Positions 37,473-51,218 of a DNA stretch of 64,000 nt are shown here, piece after piece. Source of the stretch: Octopus sinensis (taxonomy: Eukaryota); assembly GCF_006345805.1 (NCBI RefSeq), contig NC_043015.1, positions 31,992,001 to 32,056,000 on the forward strand. The letters are read 5' to 3'. A program made the translations under genes and the position numbers. Under the pieces are notes generated by a model. That model did not search any database, was not told the origin of the DNA, and worked only from the letters and a program-made list of their open reading frames with translations. The first letter of the stretch is position 1, and every line of letters starts with the position of its first letter.

Positions 37473-38649
37473 TCAGAGGCGACTCCAGGTCATCAGCATC
37501 ACTTGGGCTCATCACAGATTTCACATAAGACATTCAAAGAATTTCACATTTTTCTGCTTTATTTCTAGCCCCAAACAGCTTATTTTTATTAAAATCTAGC
37601 ACTATGTTTTTCTCCATTTCTAAGTTAAGGGTAAAAATAAAGCAACCCTGCAAAACACAACAGATCCTTACACACAGGCGCAGAGAACAACAGCAATCAA
37701 ATAATGACAGCCGAATGCACAACAAACATCAGCCACCTGACTGTCACCTGTACTCTTGACAAGAGATGCCAGTTAGTCTTTTACACCTGCCAGGCTTGAT
37801 ATTAGCCCAAGTTGCAGGGTATTTTTCATTCCTTTAAGAATATTCTAAAACGGAAACTTTTCATAGACTGGAATTTAAATCCTAATCTCTACAGAAATTT
37901 ATCGTTTCAAGAAAACATTGAATTTGAATTACTTTTAATTTTTATAATCATAGATAACAACCCAGGCTGTAACTTCTGAGCCCGTGTCAGGTGCGTATGA
38001 ATGATGTTGAGAGAACGTCCACTACGAATGATATTGTTTGACACAGGGCACCTACCTCTAAGACGAATGCCAGACACTGAACAAAAATAAATGAACTGCG
38101 ACCAGGCTCATTAAAAGAAGCCCGAGTTATTGGCTGAAATTACATACTTGAAGTGTTGGCAGAAATTAAATCAGCTTTACTAAATTTATACTAAGCGCAA
38201 ACAGCCCAAGTGCTGGAGTTGCCACTGATATATATATATGTATGTATGTATTTGTGTCCCCCCACCATCGCTTGACAACCGATGCTAGTGTGCTTACATC
38301 CACGTACCTTAGCGGTTCAGTAAAAGAGACTGATAGAATAAGTACCAGGTTTACAAAGAATAAGTTTGTTTGACTAAAGGTGGTGCTCCAGCATGGCTGC
38401 AGTCAAATGACAAACAAGCAGAAGAATAAAAGAATATCATATAATCATATATCCCAAAACAAACTCCACTGTATCAAAGTAGCCCTTTTCTATTTGCAAA
38501 AAGTCTATTTACATGGAATGGTCTCCAGCCAGATTGTCCAGACACATCTAACCAAAACACAACAACTGACACAGGGCAAGTTCTTACAAAGATATGTTCA
38601 ATGTTCCTCTGAAATGCTCAGGCAACTTACTCCCTATTCCTGGAGATTA

Positions 38650-38795
38650 CATCAGGGATTACATCAGAGTTTACCCTGATGTAATCCCCAGGCATCCAGC
38701 AACAGGACCTCCGTAATGCTATGATGGACCTTGAAGTCTGGCGTAACATAGTAAATTCCACTGTCTCGAACACGGTCGAACAATGATGATGATGC
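38650..38795 (+). mobile_element. RTE-type LINE extreme 3' end
   Basis: Translation QQQDLRNAMMDLEVWRNIVNSTVSNTVEQ*** followed by a (TGA)n tail. Confidence 0.65.
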
Positions 38796-39499
38796 TCCCT
38801 ATGTCCATGTGATGTTACCAGTTATTGTGAACACAATGAGAAAACACAAAGACATGTGTTTATACATTTAAGCTAAGTAAGATGCAAAGAGTTAAACAGC
38901 ATAACTGTTTATCATCAGACAAGAAATAAATATGACAGAAGAGAAACATTCAAAAGAAGTGTCTGATTAATTTACAAGAGTAATAACAATTTCCAAACAC
39001 TGACACATTTTGAGGAAACAACAATCAATAAAACTACCTCCCACTCTACTTGACTTATTTATTTTATTGACCTTGGATAGATAAACGGAAGACAAAAGTC
39101 AATGTCAGACAATTTGAATGTAGGTACCTGACAAAATAGCACAAGTCCTAGAGGAGGCTGCATTGATTCTGTCAGTCACCAGCTTCATAACATCAATAAT
39201 GCTCATAAAACAAGCTGTGTCTTCATCATCATCATTTAACATCGACTTATTCATGCTTGCATGAGTCCGACACAATTTGTCAAGGCAAATTCCAATGGTT
39301 GGATGCCCCACCTGTTACCAACACTCGTGTTTTTGCAAGTAGTGTAATATTTTCCCATGGCCAAACATTTTTTCACACAAGACTGGAAATGAACAATCTC
39401 ACTGGTAATAATGATGATGATCATCATTTACAACCATCACATGAAGTTTAGACAAGGGTACACACAAAGATGTATACACACACACACACATTAACTTGT

Positions 39500-39850
39500 A
39501 CCTGAGTAGTTAATTTGTAGAGAGTGATTATGCATCTTCATCCTGATGGATGTGAAGGGTGCTGATGTCTGATGTGGCTGTCCAGGTCAAGGATGGTATA
39601 GAAGATTTGGGGGCATTTATTGCAGGGGAGGGTTGGCAAGGGACGAGGAAGGGCAAGTTGCTCTCTGCCTCTTGATATTTATTATTTCCCATCTGGACCA
39701 TTCCTTTGACAACAACATGTCGCCGCTTTGGGCAGTTCATGGTGATTGTCTCCCAGGTATTTGGGTCAATGGAGCAAGCAGAGGAGAGTGGCCTTGAGTT
39801 GGTCTCAGAAATGGAATTTGGGGGGCTCTGTGCCATCTGGTGCCTGAGGC
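39500..39850 (-). mobile_element. RTE-type LINE ORF C-terminal remnant
   Basis: SIDPNTWETITMNCPKRRHVVVKG resembles the RTE/BovB pattern IDP..WE..A.DR..WR..V..G. It is fused to a SINE-A head at about 39880-39990. Confidence 0.6.
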
Positions 39851-42080
39851 CAACTCTGCAAATATACATTTCTAGTAAATCTGCAAGGCTTTGGTTGACT
39901 TGCAGCTGTAGAAGACATTTGCCCAAGGTACCACACATTGGGGCAGAATCAAAGACAATATGATTAGGAAGCAAGCTTCTTAAACCACCTGCTCTAAGAC
40001 CCCTTAGAAAATCCGAAAGACAGCAGTCCAGTGTTGTCAGAGATGAAGGATGCTCCCTGACAGTATGTTTGATAATGCTGTAAACTGAAAAGTCCTTCAT
40101 GAGGGACTTCTAAAGTTTACACCTTGATGCATTGATGTATCTTCCAAAGCATTTAGTAATTAACTAAATCAGGTTATGTGTCTGTTAGATTTATAACAGG
40201 TTAAAATCAGAAAAGCATCAGGCAATATGCTTTGTGGTATTTGTTCACTTTCTGAGCTCTGGTCAGTTTTTCCTGTGGCCAGATGCCCTTTCTGTTGCAA
40301 ACTCTTACTTGTTTCTAAGGCACTTATTCCTTGGTCTTTCAAAAATGCTGAACTGCTCAACACTATATTTTATAAACAGATGTAGACAGTGACACTGCTT
40401 AATAGGGTGACATTGTTTTTATGTCGTGTGTAAACAATATCAAGATACAAATAAACACACACATCATCATCGTTTAGCGTCCGCTTTCCATGCTAGCATG
40501 GGTTGGATGGTTCAACTGGGGTCTGGGAAGCCAGAAGGCTGCACCGGGCCCAGTCTGATCTGGCAATGTTTCTACGGCTGGATGCCCTTCCTAATGCCAA
40601 CACATATATATTAATGAATGATAAAAGTTATATAATCACTTTCATTCATTTACAGCCATTTTTGTTATAAGAAACAGTGCACACACACACACACACACAA
40701 TGAGTTCCAAATAATTTGTTTACCAATTTTACAAACTTGTCTAATGCTGTAGTAGAAAACATTTGCCCATAGTGCTATGCAGCAGGAATGAATCCAAAAT
40801 CACGAGATTGTAAAGTGAAATTTTTAACCACAAAGCCACGCCTGCACATGTGAGCGTGAGTGTGTGTGTGGTACTGAACTCTTAGACCATAGATGAAAGC
40901 ATTTGTGGACAATCAACTGGGATGGAGTAGACTGTGTAGACCGTGTTGGTGGCTAAACTGCATCCCTAGCTTTAGAATGTCAATAGATTGTGCAACAGTT
41001 ACTTGTGAAGTTTCTCTTCTGTTACTGATAGCAATGTAAAACCGAGGAGTGTTTCATCAACTTACAATGCCGGGAGCACCATTCCCTCAGATCCCGGAAA
41101 CAGATGTGCAGGCCATATCGCCTGACCATCAATTAGACACTTGATGGCAAAAGGCAAGAAGCAGTATTACTAACGGAGAACAGTGCACAAAACACTTTAC
41201 ACTCATTCATAAGTATTTAAAAAATCACACACCACGGATGTACGACTGTGTTTATGATTACAAAAAAACATGCATCAGAAACAATAGTGTTGTTGTTGTT
41301 GCTCACACCCTTTCACAGCTTGGCACTTTTTTCTTTCCTTTTATAGCTTCTTGCCTATTCATAGTTAAATATCTATTCAAAGCTAAAAACCTATCTTTGA
41401 CTAGACGCCAATTTGTGGCTTGGTAGACTGCAGCATTTGAGAGTTAAAGTGGCTTTGCCATAGACGCAACAACAATGCTGGTGACATGAAACACCACCAC
41501 CACCCTCTGGCTAATTTGCATATGTGAATGCAAAAATGACCACAATCAAGCAGCTCAGTGGAAACTTTGACCATGAGTATATAACTCAAGGAGAAATGAG
41601 CTCAGCTAAGATGATTCACCCTTGTCACAGCCAGAAGCAATTATTGAGCTACAAGTGCCAGAGTTAATAAAACGGTACCGACACCGACTAAGTGTAACAT
41701 AATGTGTTAACATTTCCACTTTCAGACACTAATTTGACTGATTTCACAGATAGTAATTTGAAAATAAATCAGATTTAAGAGCTTCTACGAAGGAGGATCT
41801 GCAAGAAGCAATTTTGTTTTCTTTTTGTAAGCAAAAATCTTAGTTAATTTTTAATTTAATAAATTCTAATCAGATACTTTTTAATCCTTTAAATCATAAT
41901 TTACATTTCATTGATTGCAATCTTTCATGTTATATTTATCTCAATTTTACATTTCAACAATACTTTAATCTCAAAAAGGAAGGGTAATATGTTTATTTCC
42001 AAGTTCCCTGCTTTAATATAGATTTTGGAAATGGTAAACAAAGAGGTTTCTGATTCTCTTTTGTAGTATTTATATGGTTT

Positions 42081-42477
42081 ATTACTCTCTTTCTCTTTTC
42101 CTCTCTCTTTTACTTGTTTCAGTCATTTGAATGCGGCCATGCTGGAGCACCGCCTTTAGTCAAGCAAATCGACCCCGGGACTTATTCTTTGTAAGCCCAG
42201 TACTTATTCTATCGGTCTCTTTTGCCAAACCGCTAAGTGACGGGGACGCAAACACACTAGCATCGGTTGTCAAGCAATGCTAGGGAGACAAACACAAACA
42301 CACATACATATATACGACAGGCTTCTTTCAGTTTCCGTCTACCAAATCCACTCACAAGGCTTTGGTTGGCCGGGGCTATAGCAGAAGACACTTGCCCAAG
42401 GTGCCATGCAGTGGGACTGAACCCGGAACCATGTGGTTGGTAGGCAAGCTACTTACCACACAGCCACTCCTGCGCCT
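42081..42477 (-). mobile_element. SINE-A, young full-length copy
   Basis: Near consensus, ending ...CAGCCACTCCTGCGCCT on the plus strand. Confidence 0.9.
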
Positions 42478-43463
42478 ATCATTTCCATTACTTTCTTCTT
42501 ATTTTTTATCTTATGCTTAACTGCAATGTTATTATCATTATCACTTTATGCCTACTTTCTATGGTGGCACAATTTCAACAGGTTATCAAGGGCCAAGTCA
42601 GTTCTTATTTGGAGTTACTTTACTCTGAGATAGTTCGGGGAACCATGCCTCACTAATATGTTCTGGTTTTAGCAAGCCTTCTAAAGCTGGATGCCCTTCC
42701 TAACACCAACCATTTTGCAGGTATGAAATTAATTATATTCAATATCAATTGTTACAGACAGCAGTGAACATAACCAGATGCTATACAGTATGGCCTAAAT
42801 TCCAAGAGTTGTAGACACTAAACATCTGAGGTCATTTGAGAAGAAAAGCTACAGATGAACACTGCAGATAATTCGGGCAGCCTGTAGCACAAAAAATTTG
42901 TTCCTAGACGAGATGGGAGTAGATTGAAGGTTGGTGACAATAACCAGAAGGTGAAAATGGAGTGTAAATATAAAGGATTGGGCAGACACGATATCAAGGA
43001 TCTGGCAGAGTGTACAACTGCAATATGAGGAGACTGCAGTGTTTGGCAAGGATCGGCGGTTGTATCTGAGGCCTCCAACCCTCAGCCATGAGAAGGAGCA
43101 TATTTATTTAGTCAATCAAATTCCAATGTTACTAGCCACAAGACTGACAGAATAATAGCAATGTGATTAAGAAGTTCATTGCAGTCTCAGTATGCAGAAC
43201 TTTGGTGAAAAGTCTTCTTGTACAGCCTTGAGTTGGCCGAAGCTGTGCAACTGAAATTTTGTAGTTAAAAACTGTGAAAAAGACTAAGGGCCCATTCATA
43301 TTCCATAGTGGTAGACTTAATATGTCACCCAGTTTAACATGACCATCTGACTCAGTTGGGTTTCTAGCCCAAATATTTGCAGCACAGTGGCTTTCCTCTC
43401 ACCTCTCTAGGATGTCCTGTAAAAGGTCAATGGCACTAACTCAAACTAAGCCATAAAAATATC

Positions 43464-43697
43464 TATTTCTTTACTACCCACAAGGGGCTAGACACAGAGG
43501 GGACAATCAAGGACAAACACAGGGATTAAGTCGATTATATCGACCCCAGTGCATAACTGGTATTTAATTTATCGACCCTGAAAGGATGAAAGGCAAAGTT
43601 GACATTGGTGGAATTTGAACTCAGAACGTAACGGCAGACGAAATGCGGCTACACATTTCGCCCGGCTTGCTACCATTTCTGCCAGCTCGCCACCTTT
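43464..43697 (-). mobile_element. SINE-B with 20-bp TSD
   Basis: AACTAAGCCATAAAAATATC at 43444-43463 and 43698-43717. Confidence 0.9.
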
Positions 43698-43999
43698 AAC
43701 TAAGCCATAAAAATATCAAAACACAAAAAAGATACATAACTTACTTAAATCAAAGGCTATGAATCAACGATGGAATTCTTTATTGTTGCTTGATTACTAG
43801 AAATAGCAGCCAAGTCTCTCTCTCACATACAAGGGTATTCCTAAAAGAATGTCTATACATTTTAACAATCGATAACTCAATTTTGTTTCATTTTAGTCAA
43901 ATTAAGCTTTAAATAAAGGACGTTCATCCTAAAATGCTACTGGAAGTTTGAAAAATGCAGTTGAAGTGCAAAGACAGTTTAGGTGGGAGTTTCAAACAG

Positions 44000-45010
44000 A
44001 AACCCTTACATGGCTAACCATCACTTGAGTTAGATATAAATTTGAAGGAACTGTTCAGAATGTCCACAGGAAATATTCTGGAAGACTGTGGATATCGATG
44101 AACCAAACAAAGCAAGAAAGGGTATTAGAAATTCGAGTTCAAATCAGTATGGCAAACAAGTGATGAAATTAAATTAAAATTCTGAAATCAAGCGCCCACT
44201 GCATTTTGAAGTGCTGTCAGGAAAAGTTGCATTAGAAAAATAGCCCATGCTCTCAGTGAAGACAGCTGGAAACAAATAGTGGAGTTTCACATGTAGTACT
44301 TTGACAAAGATCGTTTGGAGTGATGGGGCTACATTTAACACTTTAGTATTTAAACCGGCTATATCTGGCCAAAATACCTAATCTGTTTTATGTTCAAACT
44401 GACCAGATCCAGGCCCTCACACCTACCCCACAATGTTATTCTACATTAAGTAATTACACCATCAAGATCTTGAAGATATGAGATAATGCATGATTAATTC
44501 AAATCAATGGGAATCAATAAGCATTATGTTTGATAGAATAATCAGAACACCAAAGGGTTAAATTAAATGGCTTGATTAACCACCACAGCAGCATCTACTG
44601 AAGACCTGAGAATCTACATATTCCAGAAGAACATCATATTAATTTACTAGGAGCTACAGCATGGTGCAGTTTATCATCAAAAAGATTAATTGGACTATTC
44701 TTTTTTGAAAAGAAGGTGACTGGTGCCATTTACTAGAACTTGCTGCAACAATCTGTCAAGCAGAGTAATTTAAGGGCCTACCCTGAAGAGATTTTGCCAA
44801 GTTAGATTGAACAAAGTGGTTTTAGATTAAAAAAAAAAAAAAAAAACCCTCTGCATTCACCAGATTTCACACCTCTAGACATTTTTTTTAGAGATATTTA
44901 ATAAGATATAATTTACAGTGCAAAATCCTGGCAACAGTCAACAAATCGAGGACAGCCATTGAAAGCGAATGCGCACTAATACCTAATGAGATGTTTCTAG
45001 ATACTGGAAA
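44000..45010 (+). pseudogene. Highly decayed Tc1/mariner-superfamily transposase remnant, interrupted by a MITE
   Basis: Removing 44335-44561 gives SDGATFKLNGLINHHS, like the FSDEATF.LNG..N.HN first-Asp motif. Later ...HSPDFTPLDIF resembles SPDLTPLDFF. Confidence 0.55.
44335..44561. mobile_element. TTAA-flanked piggyBac-type MITE
   Basis: TTAA-CACTTTAGTATT...CACCAAAGGG-TTAA. Confidence 0.8.
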
Positions 45011-45601
45011 TATACAGAGAGTATATACAATACCCCTCACCTACATATGAGTAAAAGTACACACAAGGAAAAGGTAATAGGAAGCATGTAACACATCTAC
45101 CTTCAAAGGTGCAGGCAGAACAATAAGCCTATGGGGGGAGACAGAGAGGAAGGGAAAACAACTAAATTCTTGAGGGGGGAAAAAAATTACATTGTTTTTT
45201 GTGATGGTTTTACCAAGATAAAAAGAAGGTAGGTGTGGTTGAAACAAAGCTATCAACAGGTCACTGGCCCCCCATGCCCTCCAGCTAGGTTGACAATAAA
45301 CAGGCAAAATACACAGACATAGATATAGTCACACATAGACACATACAGAGAAACATGTATATCTACATATGAATGTGTGTGTGTGTGTATTTATACATAT
45401 ATAAACACACATTTTTGTATATTAAAAAATATCAATGTATTCCATTGATATTATTCTACATTTTCAATTTAGTATTTACTTATGCAGTTCATTCTTAATG
45501 TTTTGAGGGGTTTTTTGTTTGTTTTTAGACAAATAATGAAAAACAAAAACAATATTAATCTTTCTTTAACTGATGATAATCACAAGCAGGATTGAAAGAT
45601 C

Positions 45602-46004
45602 TTTACTCTCTCTTTTACTCTTTTACTTGTTTCAGTCATTTTGACTGTGGCCATGCTGGAGCACCGCCTTTAGTCGAGCACATCGACCCCAGGACTTATT
45701 CTTTGTAAGCCCAGTACTTATTCTATTGGTCTCTTTTTGCCGAACCGCTAAGTGACGGGGACGTAAACACACCAGCATCGGTTGTCAAGCAATGCTAGGG
45801 GGACAAACACAAACACACATACATATATATATATACATATATACGACAGGCTTCTTTCAGTTTCCGTCTACCAAATCCACTCACAAGGCATTGGTCGGCC
45901 CGGGGCTATAGCAGAAGACACTTGCCCAAGATGCCACGCAGTGGGACTGAACCCGGAACCATGTGGTTGGTTAGCAAGCTACTTACCACACAGCCACTCC
46001 TGCG
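45602..46004 (-). mobile_element. SINE-A, young full-length copy
   Basis: Near consensus, and inverted relative to 46491-46877. Confidence 0.9.
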
Positions 46005-46490
46005 GTCATCTTTTAAAAATATTTTTCCTTGGCATTGGAAAAAAAATATTCTCTTTACAGACTAATTAACCCACCCACCCACCCCCAAACTGAGAAAGAC
46101 ATTTCTGAAATTTCTTGCTGACCAACCTGCGCAAATGGTTTGTTGTTTATAGTGATCAAACGTTTGTATTGTACAATAAGCTCACTCCCTCCACCAAATT
46201 GATGTTTCCTGAACAGGTGTACAGCCTACCTCACACCTGGTGCCAAAGTTATTGCAGAGCAATGCGAGGTAAGGTGCATAATGCACCACCTGGTCCAATA
46301 CTTGAAACCACAATCTCGTGATTGCAAGTGTAACATCTTGATCACAAGGCCATTTTTTTTCTGTTCTCTCTCCATTTTTTAAGCTCTCAATCCTTTCCAT
46401 CGAACAGCTGAGACTTGAAATGCCAAAGACTTTTCTGAACTATATATACATATTTGTACACAGACACACACACATAATATATATATATAT

Positions 46491-46877
46491 AGGCGCAGGA
46501 GTGGCTGTGTGGTAAGTAGCTTGCTAACCAACCACATGGTTCCGGGTTCAGTCCCACTGCGTGGCATCTTGGGCAAGTGTCTTCTGCTACAGCCCCGGGC
46601 CGACCAATGCCTTGTGAGTGGATTTGGTAGACAGAAACTGAAAGAAGCCCGTCGTATATATGTATATATATGTATATGTGTGTGTGTGTGTGTGTGTTTG
46701 TGTGTCTGTGTTTGTCCCCCTAGCATTGCTTGACAACCGATGCTGGTGTGTTTACGTCCCCGAGACCGATAGAATAAGTACTGGGCTTACAAAGAATAAG
46801 TCCCGGGGTCGATTTGCTCGACTAAAGGCGGTGCTCCAGCATGGCCGCAGTCAAATGACTGAAACAAGTAAAAGAGT
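46491..46877 (+). mobile_element. SINE-A, young copy in (TA)n with a short internal deletion
   Basis: Reads GTCCCCGAGACCGATAG, lacking the TAACTTAGCGGTTCGGCAAAA segment seen in other copies. Confidence 0.9.
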
Positions 46878-49800
46878 ATATATATATATATATAAAACTT
46901 ATAAATGGGTTGGAGAATTTCTATTTTGGATATATTTGGGGTACTTAGTTGTGCACATGACTTAGTGTTTGCTTCTTCCATGGGAATAAGTAAGTATTTC
47001 ATTAATTTCTTTGCCGCATTTTTCACTGACGAAGAGAAGGTTCTTATGAATTAACTCTGAAATCGGGTCCGATATGGTAATAACGGAATTTTTTTAGAAA
47101 TTTCTGTTAGCTTTCTTCGAGATGCGTGCTTATAGTAATGAATTATATGGTTATGGACGATGTGTCTAGTTTCGGCATATTTGGCTTTAAAATTTTTTCT
47201 TTTGCCCTTGTTTATAAATTTTACCTTTAAAGGTATTTTTTAATATGCTGACCATTGATAAAACTTTTTTCAAAAAATTTTATCCTATATTAGATGTGTG
47301 TGTGTATATATATGTATGTATGTACATATACACACACACACAGACAGTTCACACTAGTGAATATAACTAAGTGTTGTCTACCATTTAGTGTGACTGATAG
47401 ATTACATCGGTGAACAAGACTAGGTGTTGTGTAGTATTTACTATGGTAGATAGGTAGATGGATAAATAGATAGACAGACAAGTAGTCAGACAGATAAAGG
47501 AGTAGACAGACAGACAGAAAAATGTGTATGTATGTATGCGTGTTTTTGGAGACAGTGTAGGCATTGCACTGGTTTCGATTCCCAGTTGCTTGCCATTCTC
47601 GTTGAAAGGCATGCAATAGACAAGTCATCACTGATCACTCCCCTAAAGCTAACAGGACTGGTCACCTATTAAATGGATACCGATAATTATGGAATAGCCA
47701 AGCAGAAAGACAATTAAATAATCGACTACCAACTCACCTGTGTGAATAAGCTTACACACCTACGTACTATACAGATAGAGAAGGGGGTGGGATAAAGAGG
47801 GAGTGTGGGAGACTAACAAAAATTATTAAAAAAAAAAAACAAAAAAAAACGATGGAGCCATAATGTTTATCTCTCGCATCTTTTAATGCTATTCATTCAC
47901 TGATTCCATAAAAACAGACAATCCTCTCGACAAAACAATAGAATAGTAAGAGCCATTTACCCAAACACCTTCACCGCACCATTTATCACCACCACCACTA
48001 CCACCATTTATTATTACCAAGGTTGACTGTACCTTTCATCCTTTCGGGGTCGATAAATTAAGTACCAGTCAAGTACTGGGTCGATGCGATCGACTACCGC
48101 CCCCCGCCGTTCCCTCAAATTCCAGGCCTTGTGCCTTAAGTAGAAACGATTATTATTATTAGAATTGTTAGCGCACCGAGCAAAATGCCAAGTGACATTT
48201 CGTCCCGTCTTTAAAATTACAAAGGCGGTGCTCCAGCATGGCCGCAGTCAAATGACTAAAACAAATAAAAGAATATTTATTTTAATACGTTATTATTATA
48301 ATTGCAATTAATATCATTATTAAGGGACGGATAAGAGAGAGAATCGGTAGAGGCGTTGGACAAAAAGCTTTTTGACAAATTCATTTGCGTTCTTCTACTT
48401 TCCGCGGTCGATTAATGAAGTATATTAATGAAGTATCAAGCTACCCGTAACGAACTGGATCGATACAATCAGCTGATGCAATGTGTACATACACTCTCAA
48501 CTGGGCCGGATTAATAGTCATAGCGATGTACATGCACTCACAATCGGTCCGGATAAACAATTGTAGCAGTCAATGAGTAAATAAAAGAAAATAAATAAAA
48601 CCGGTGTTTGCTTTAAATTACCTCACTACCACCAAAAACCGTTTCGACATTACGCAACATTTTGGGGAGGGTTTTCTGGGCAACTGTCAAGTCAACCCTC
48701 CTACAATAAAATTATGTCGAGAGAGAGCCTCTACGCGGCCCACCCGATCACCCTGGTGACAGAAGTTAAACCCCCTTCAAATCATTCTAACGTTTTATAA
48801 AAAAGATATAACGACATATACTCTATGTAGTTCTAGAAACAAAATCTTTCCCAAATAAATAAATAAGTAAAAATAGAGGACGGTCACTACTAAGGTGTTT
48901 TGTTCGTAAGGTCAATCAGTAATGACCTGCAGGTAAAACTATATACATCACCTTTTCCGGCGACGACTTGGCTACCAGCCCAGGCTCCGCTTGCTCATCA
49001 GGTTGAGAAAGGTATATATAAAAAATAAAAAATAAACCCTCAGGGTATCGGTCGCTCTCCAAAAAGGTTTATGGGTCGAGCCTGCGGTAGTTGGGACCTC
49101 TGGCGTTCTAGGCCCTCGGACCATATCCCCTGCTCACTGATATCGGAGCAGAAATTGGCTGTCCGCATGCGCGAGCCCCAGGATTAATTGTTTACTCCTG
49201 ATATGTTTAAGTCTATTTACCAAATATTATTATTCCTTCTAAAACGAACGGGAAGAAAGTTTAAACATTGAAAATACCAGAGCAGTAATAGAAGTAACAT
49301 TTGGATTGAGGTTATTTTAACGTCTTTTGTTTTTTTCACGAACATTTGATATTTTCTTTGTGGCCTGTACTTAGATTTTGGACATTTCAAAGACCCCCTT
49401 CGAGTGTCCAGTGCAAGTTCCATAAAAATAAATAAGATAGAAGTGATAGAGTTATCCGACAGTTTACCAAAATAACTACTTACTGCCCTGGTTTTCCATG
49501 TTTTTGTTATTTTGTCCCAGTCAAGTCCCGAGCGTCTGACACAAATATTTATATCTAAAATTAGTTGTTTTTTTTCTGTTTTTATTTTTTACGCTTTAAA
49601 TTCAAATCCCACAGAGTTTTCTTTCATCCTTCCGGGATCAATAAAATACGGTACAAATCAAATATTGAGGTTTGATTTGAAAAGACTTCCGCATATTTAA
49701 AAACAAAAAAAAAATTCTGAAAAAAGTCAAAGAAGAATTTAGGTGGGAGGGGAAATTTTAAAATGCCGATTTTTTTTGGCATTTTCCCGGAATCTCCGAA

Positions 49801-50546
49801 GCCGAAAACATGGGTTTTGGGAGAAAAAAAAAAAAAATAAATAAAATAAAATAAGAAATCGAGATATGGGAGGGGGGGGCGAAGTCTTTCCTTTGATTTA
49901 ACTGACAAATCCTGCCCACCCCACATCGATGGTCTTGCGTCTATCTATATGAAAAACAATTATTTATTTTAAAGATTTGAGCCCAAAATACAGTCGAGAT
50001 CGAACGAATGGAGGGAGGGAGTCATCGATAACATTAGAACCAGTAATAATATACTAGTCGGTTTAATAACCGAACAGTCGGCTCCACGATATTACGAAGC
50101 AGTACGATTTACCTTGCGACCTGCCCCTTTCATATACACCTAACCTACTCCCTTCGATTCGGTCCCTACAACCACCTGTAACCGTGAAGTCAGGCCTTCA
50201 GAATAAGGGAAAAGAGAAGAGATTTTATACACACACAAAGCTATATATATATATATATATATATATAAAGAATGTAATAAGTGAGAGAGCCTCGGTTGTC
50301 TTGAATAGACACGAAACAAGTATCGATACATTTCGACCGTGAACAAATCGACAAGTATCTTTAGTTGGGTGCGGTACTCTTATCGAAGGGTTGATGACGA
50401 TAATCGTGACTAATTACTGTGACCTTGAATTTAATTTAATAGAGAATGGACGAATAAACCAGACGAGTTCGACTATTATAACCTGGCACAGTTCCCACCA
50501 TAGCGCACACACACATACACACCTTCACACTCATATGTATATGTGT

Positions 50547-50582
<36 letters not shown>

Positions 50583-50590
50583 CACACACA

Positions 50591-50626
<36 letters not shown>

Positions 50627-51162
50627 CATACACGCGCGCACTTTTGAGTAGAGAGGAATTTGGGATCTGGCGATACGCCATAAAGCTAAACCCTTTATAC
50701 CCTTTATGGACGTGAACCCTAAGGTAATCCCATAAACTCGCCCTCCCGTTTTTAATATAAGGCGGTGCCCCAGCACAGCCGTAGTCTGACACACACACAA
50801 TATATATATATATTTATGGGCGGAGGTATATACGCATTATATCTATATGCTGGTGTTATCAGTTAATGTATGTATATCCTGGTTACACTAGTATCCCATA
50901 CAACTGGTAAACTAGTTTGTAATCTATCGACTGGAATAATTGCTATATCAGTGTGTAAGTATATGTGTGTGTGTGTGTGTGTACGTGTGTGTGTGCGTGT
51001 GGATGAGATGTCAATGATTACAGGTAAAAGAATGTAGCCTTGACAAGTGGAGTTGATGTCATCAGATGGCGTCCAACGTTCGTTCGGTGTTTCGAGCCTG
51101 ATCTTTGAACATCCTTCCGTTGGCAGGTCAGCTGGGATGGCCAAATCATTACCCCTACCTCT

Positions 51163-51218
<56 letters not shown>

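Noticed and set aside
39528-40100. 190-aa ORF as a host gene
   Set aside because: Chimera of a SINE-A head and an RTE LINE remnant.
42770-43110. Possible additional RTE remnant (WSVNIKDWAD)
   Set aside because: The similarity is too weak to support without a profile search.
48950-49005. Minus-strand CUGAUGAG...GGAAA
   Set aside because: No helix II closing onto GAAA and no helix III or cleavage triplet.
50113-50200. Possible minus-strand cassette exon (AAG|GTAAAT donor)
   Set aside because: Weak acceptor, no coding similarity, and such sites are frequent by chance.
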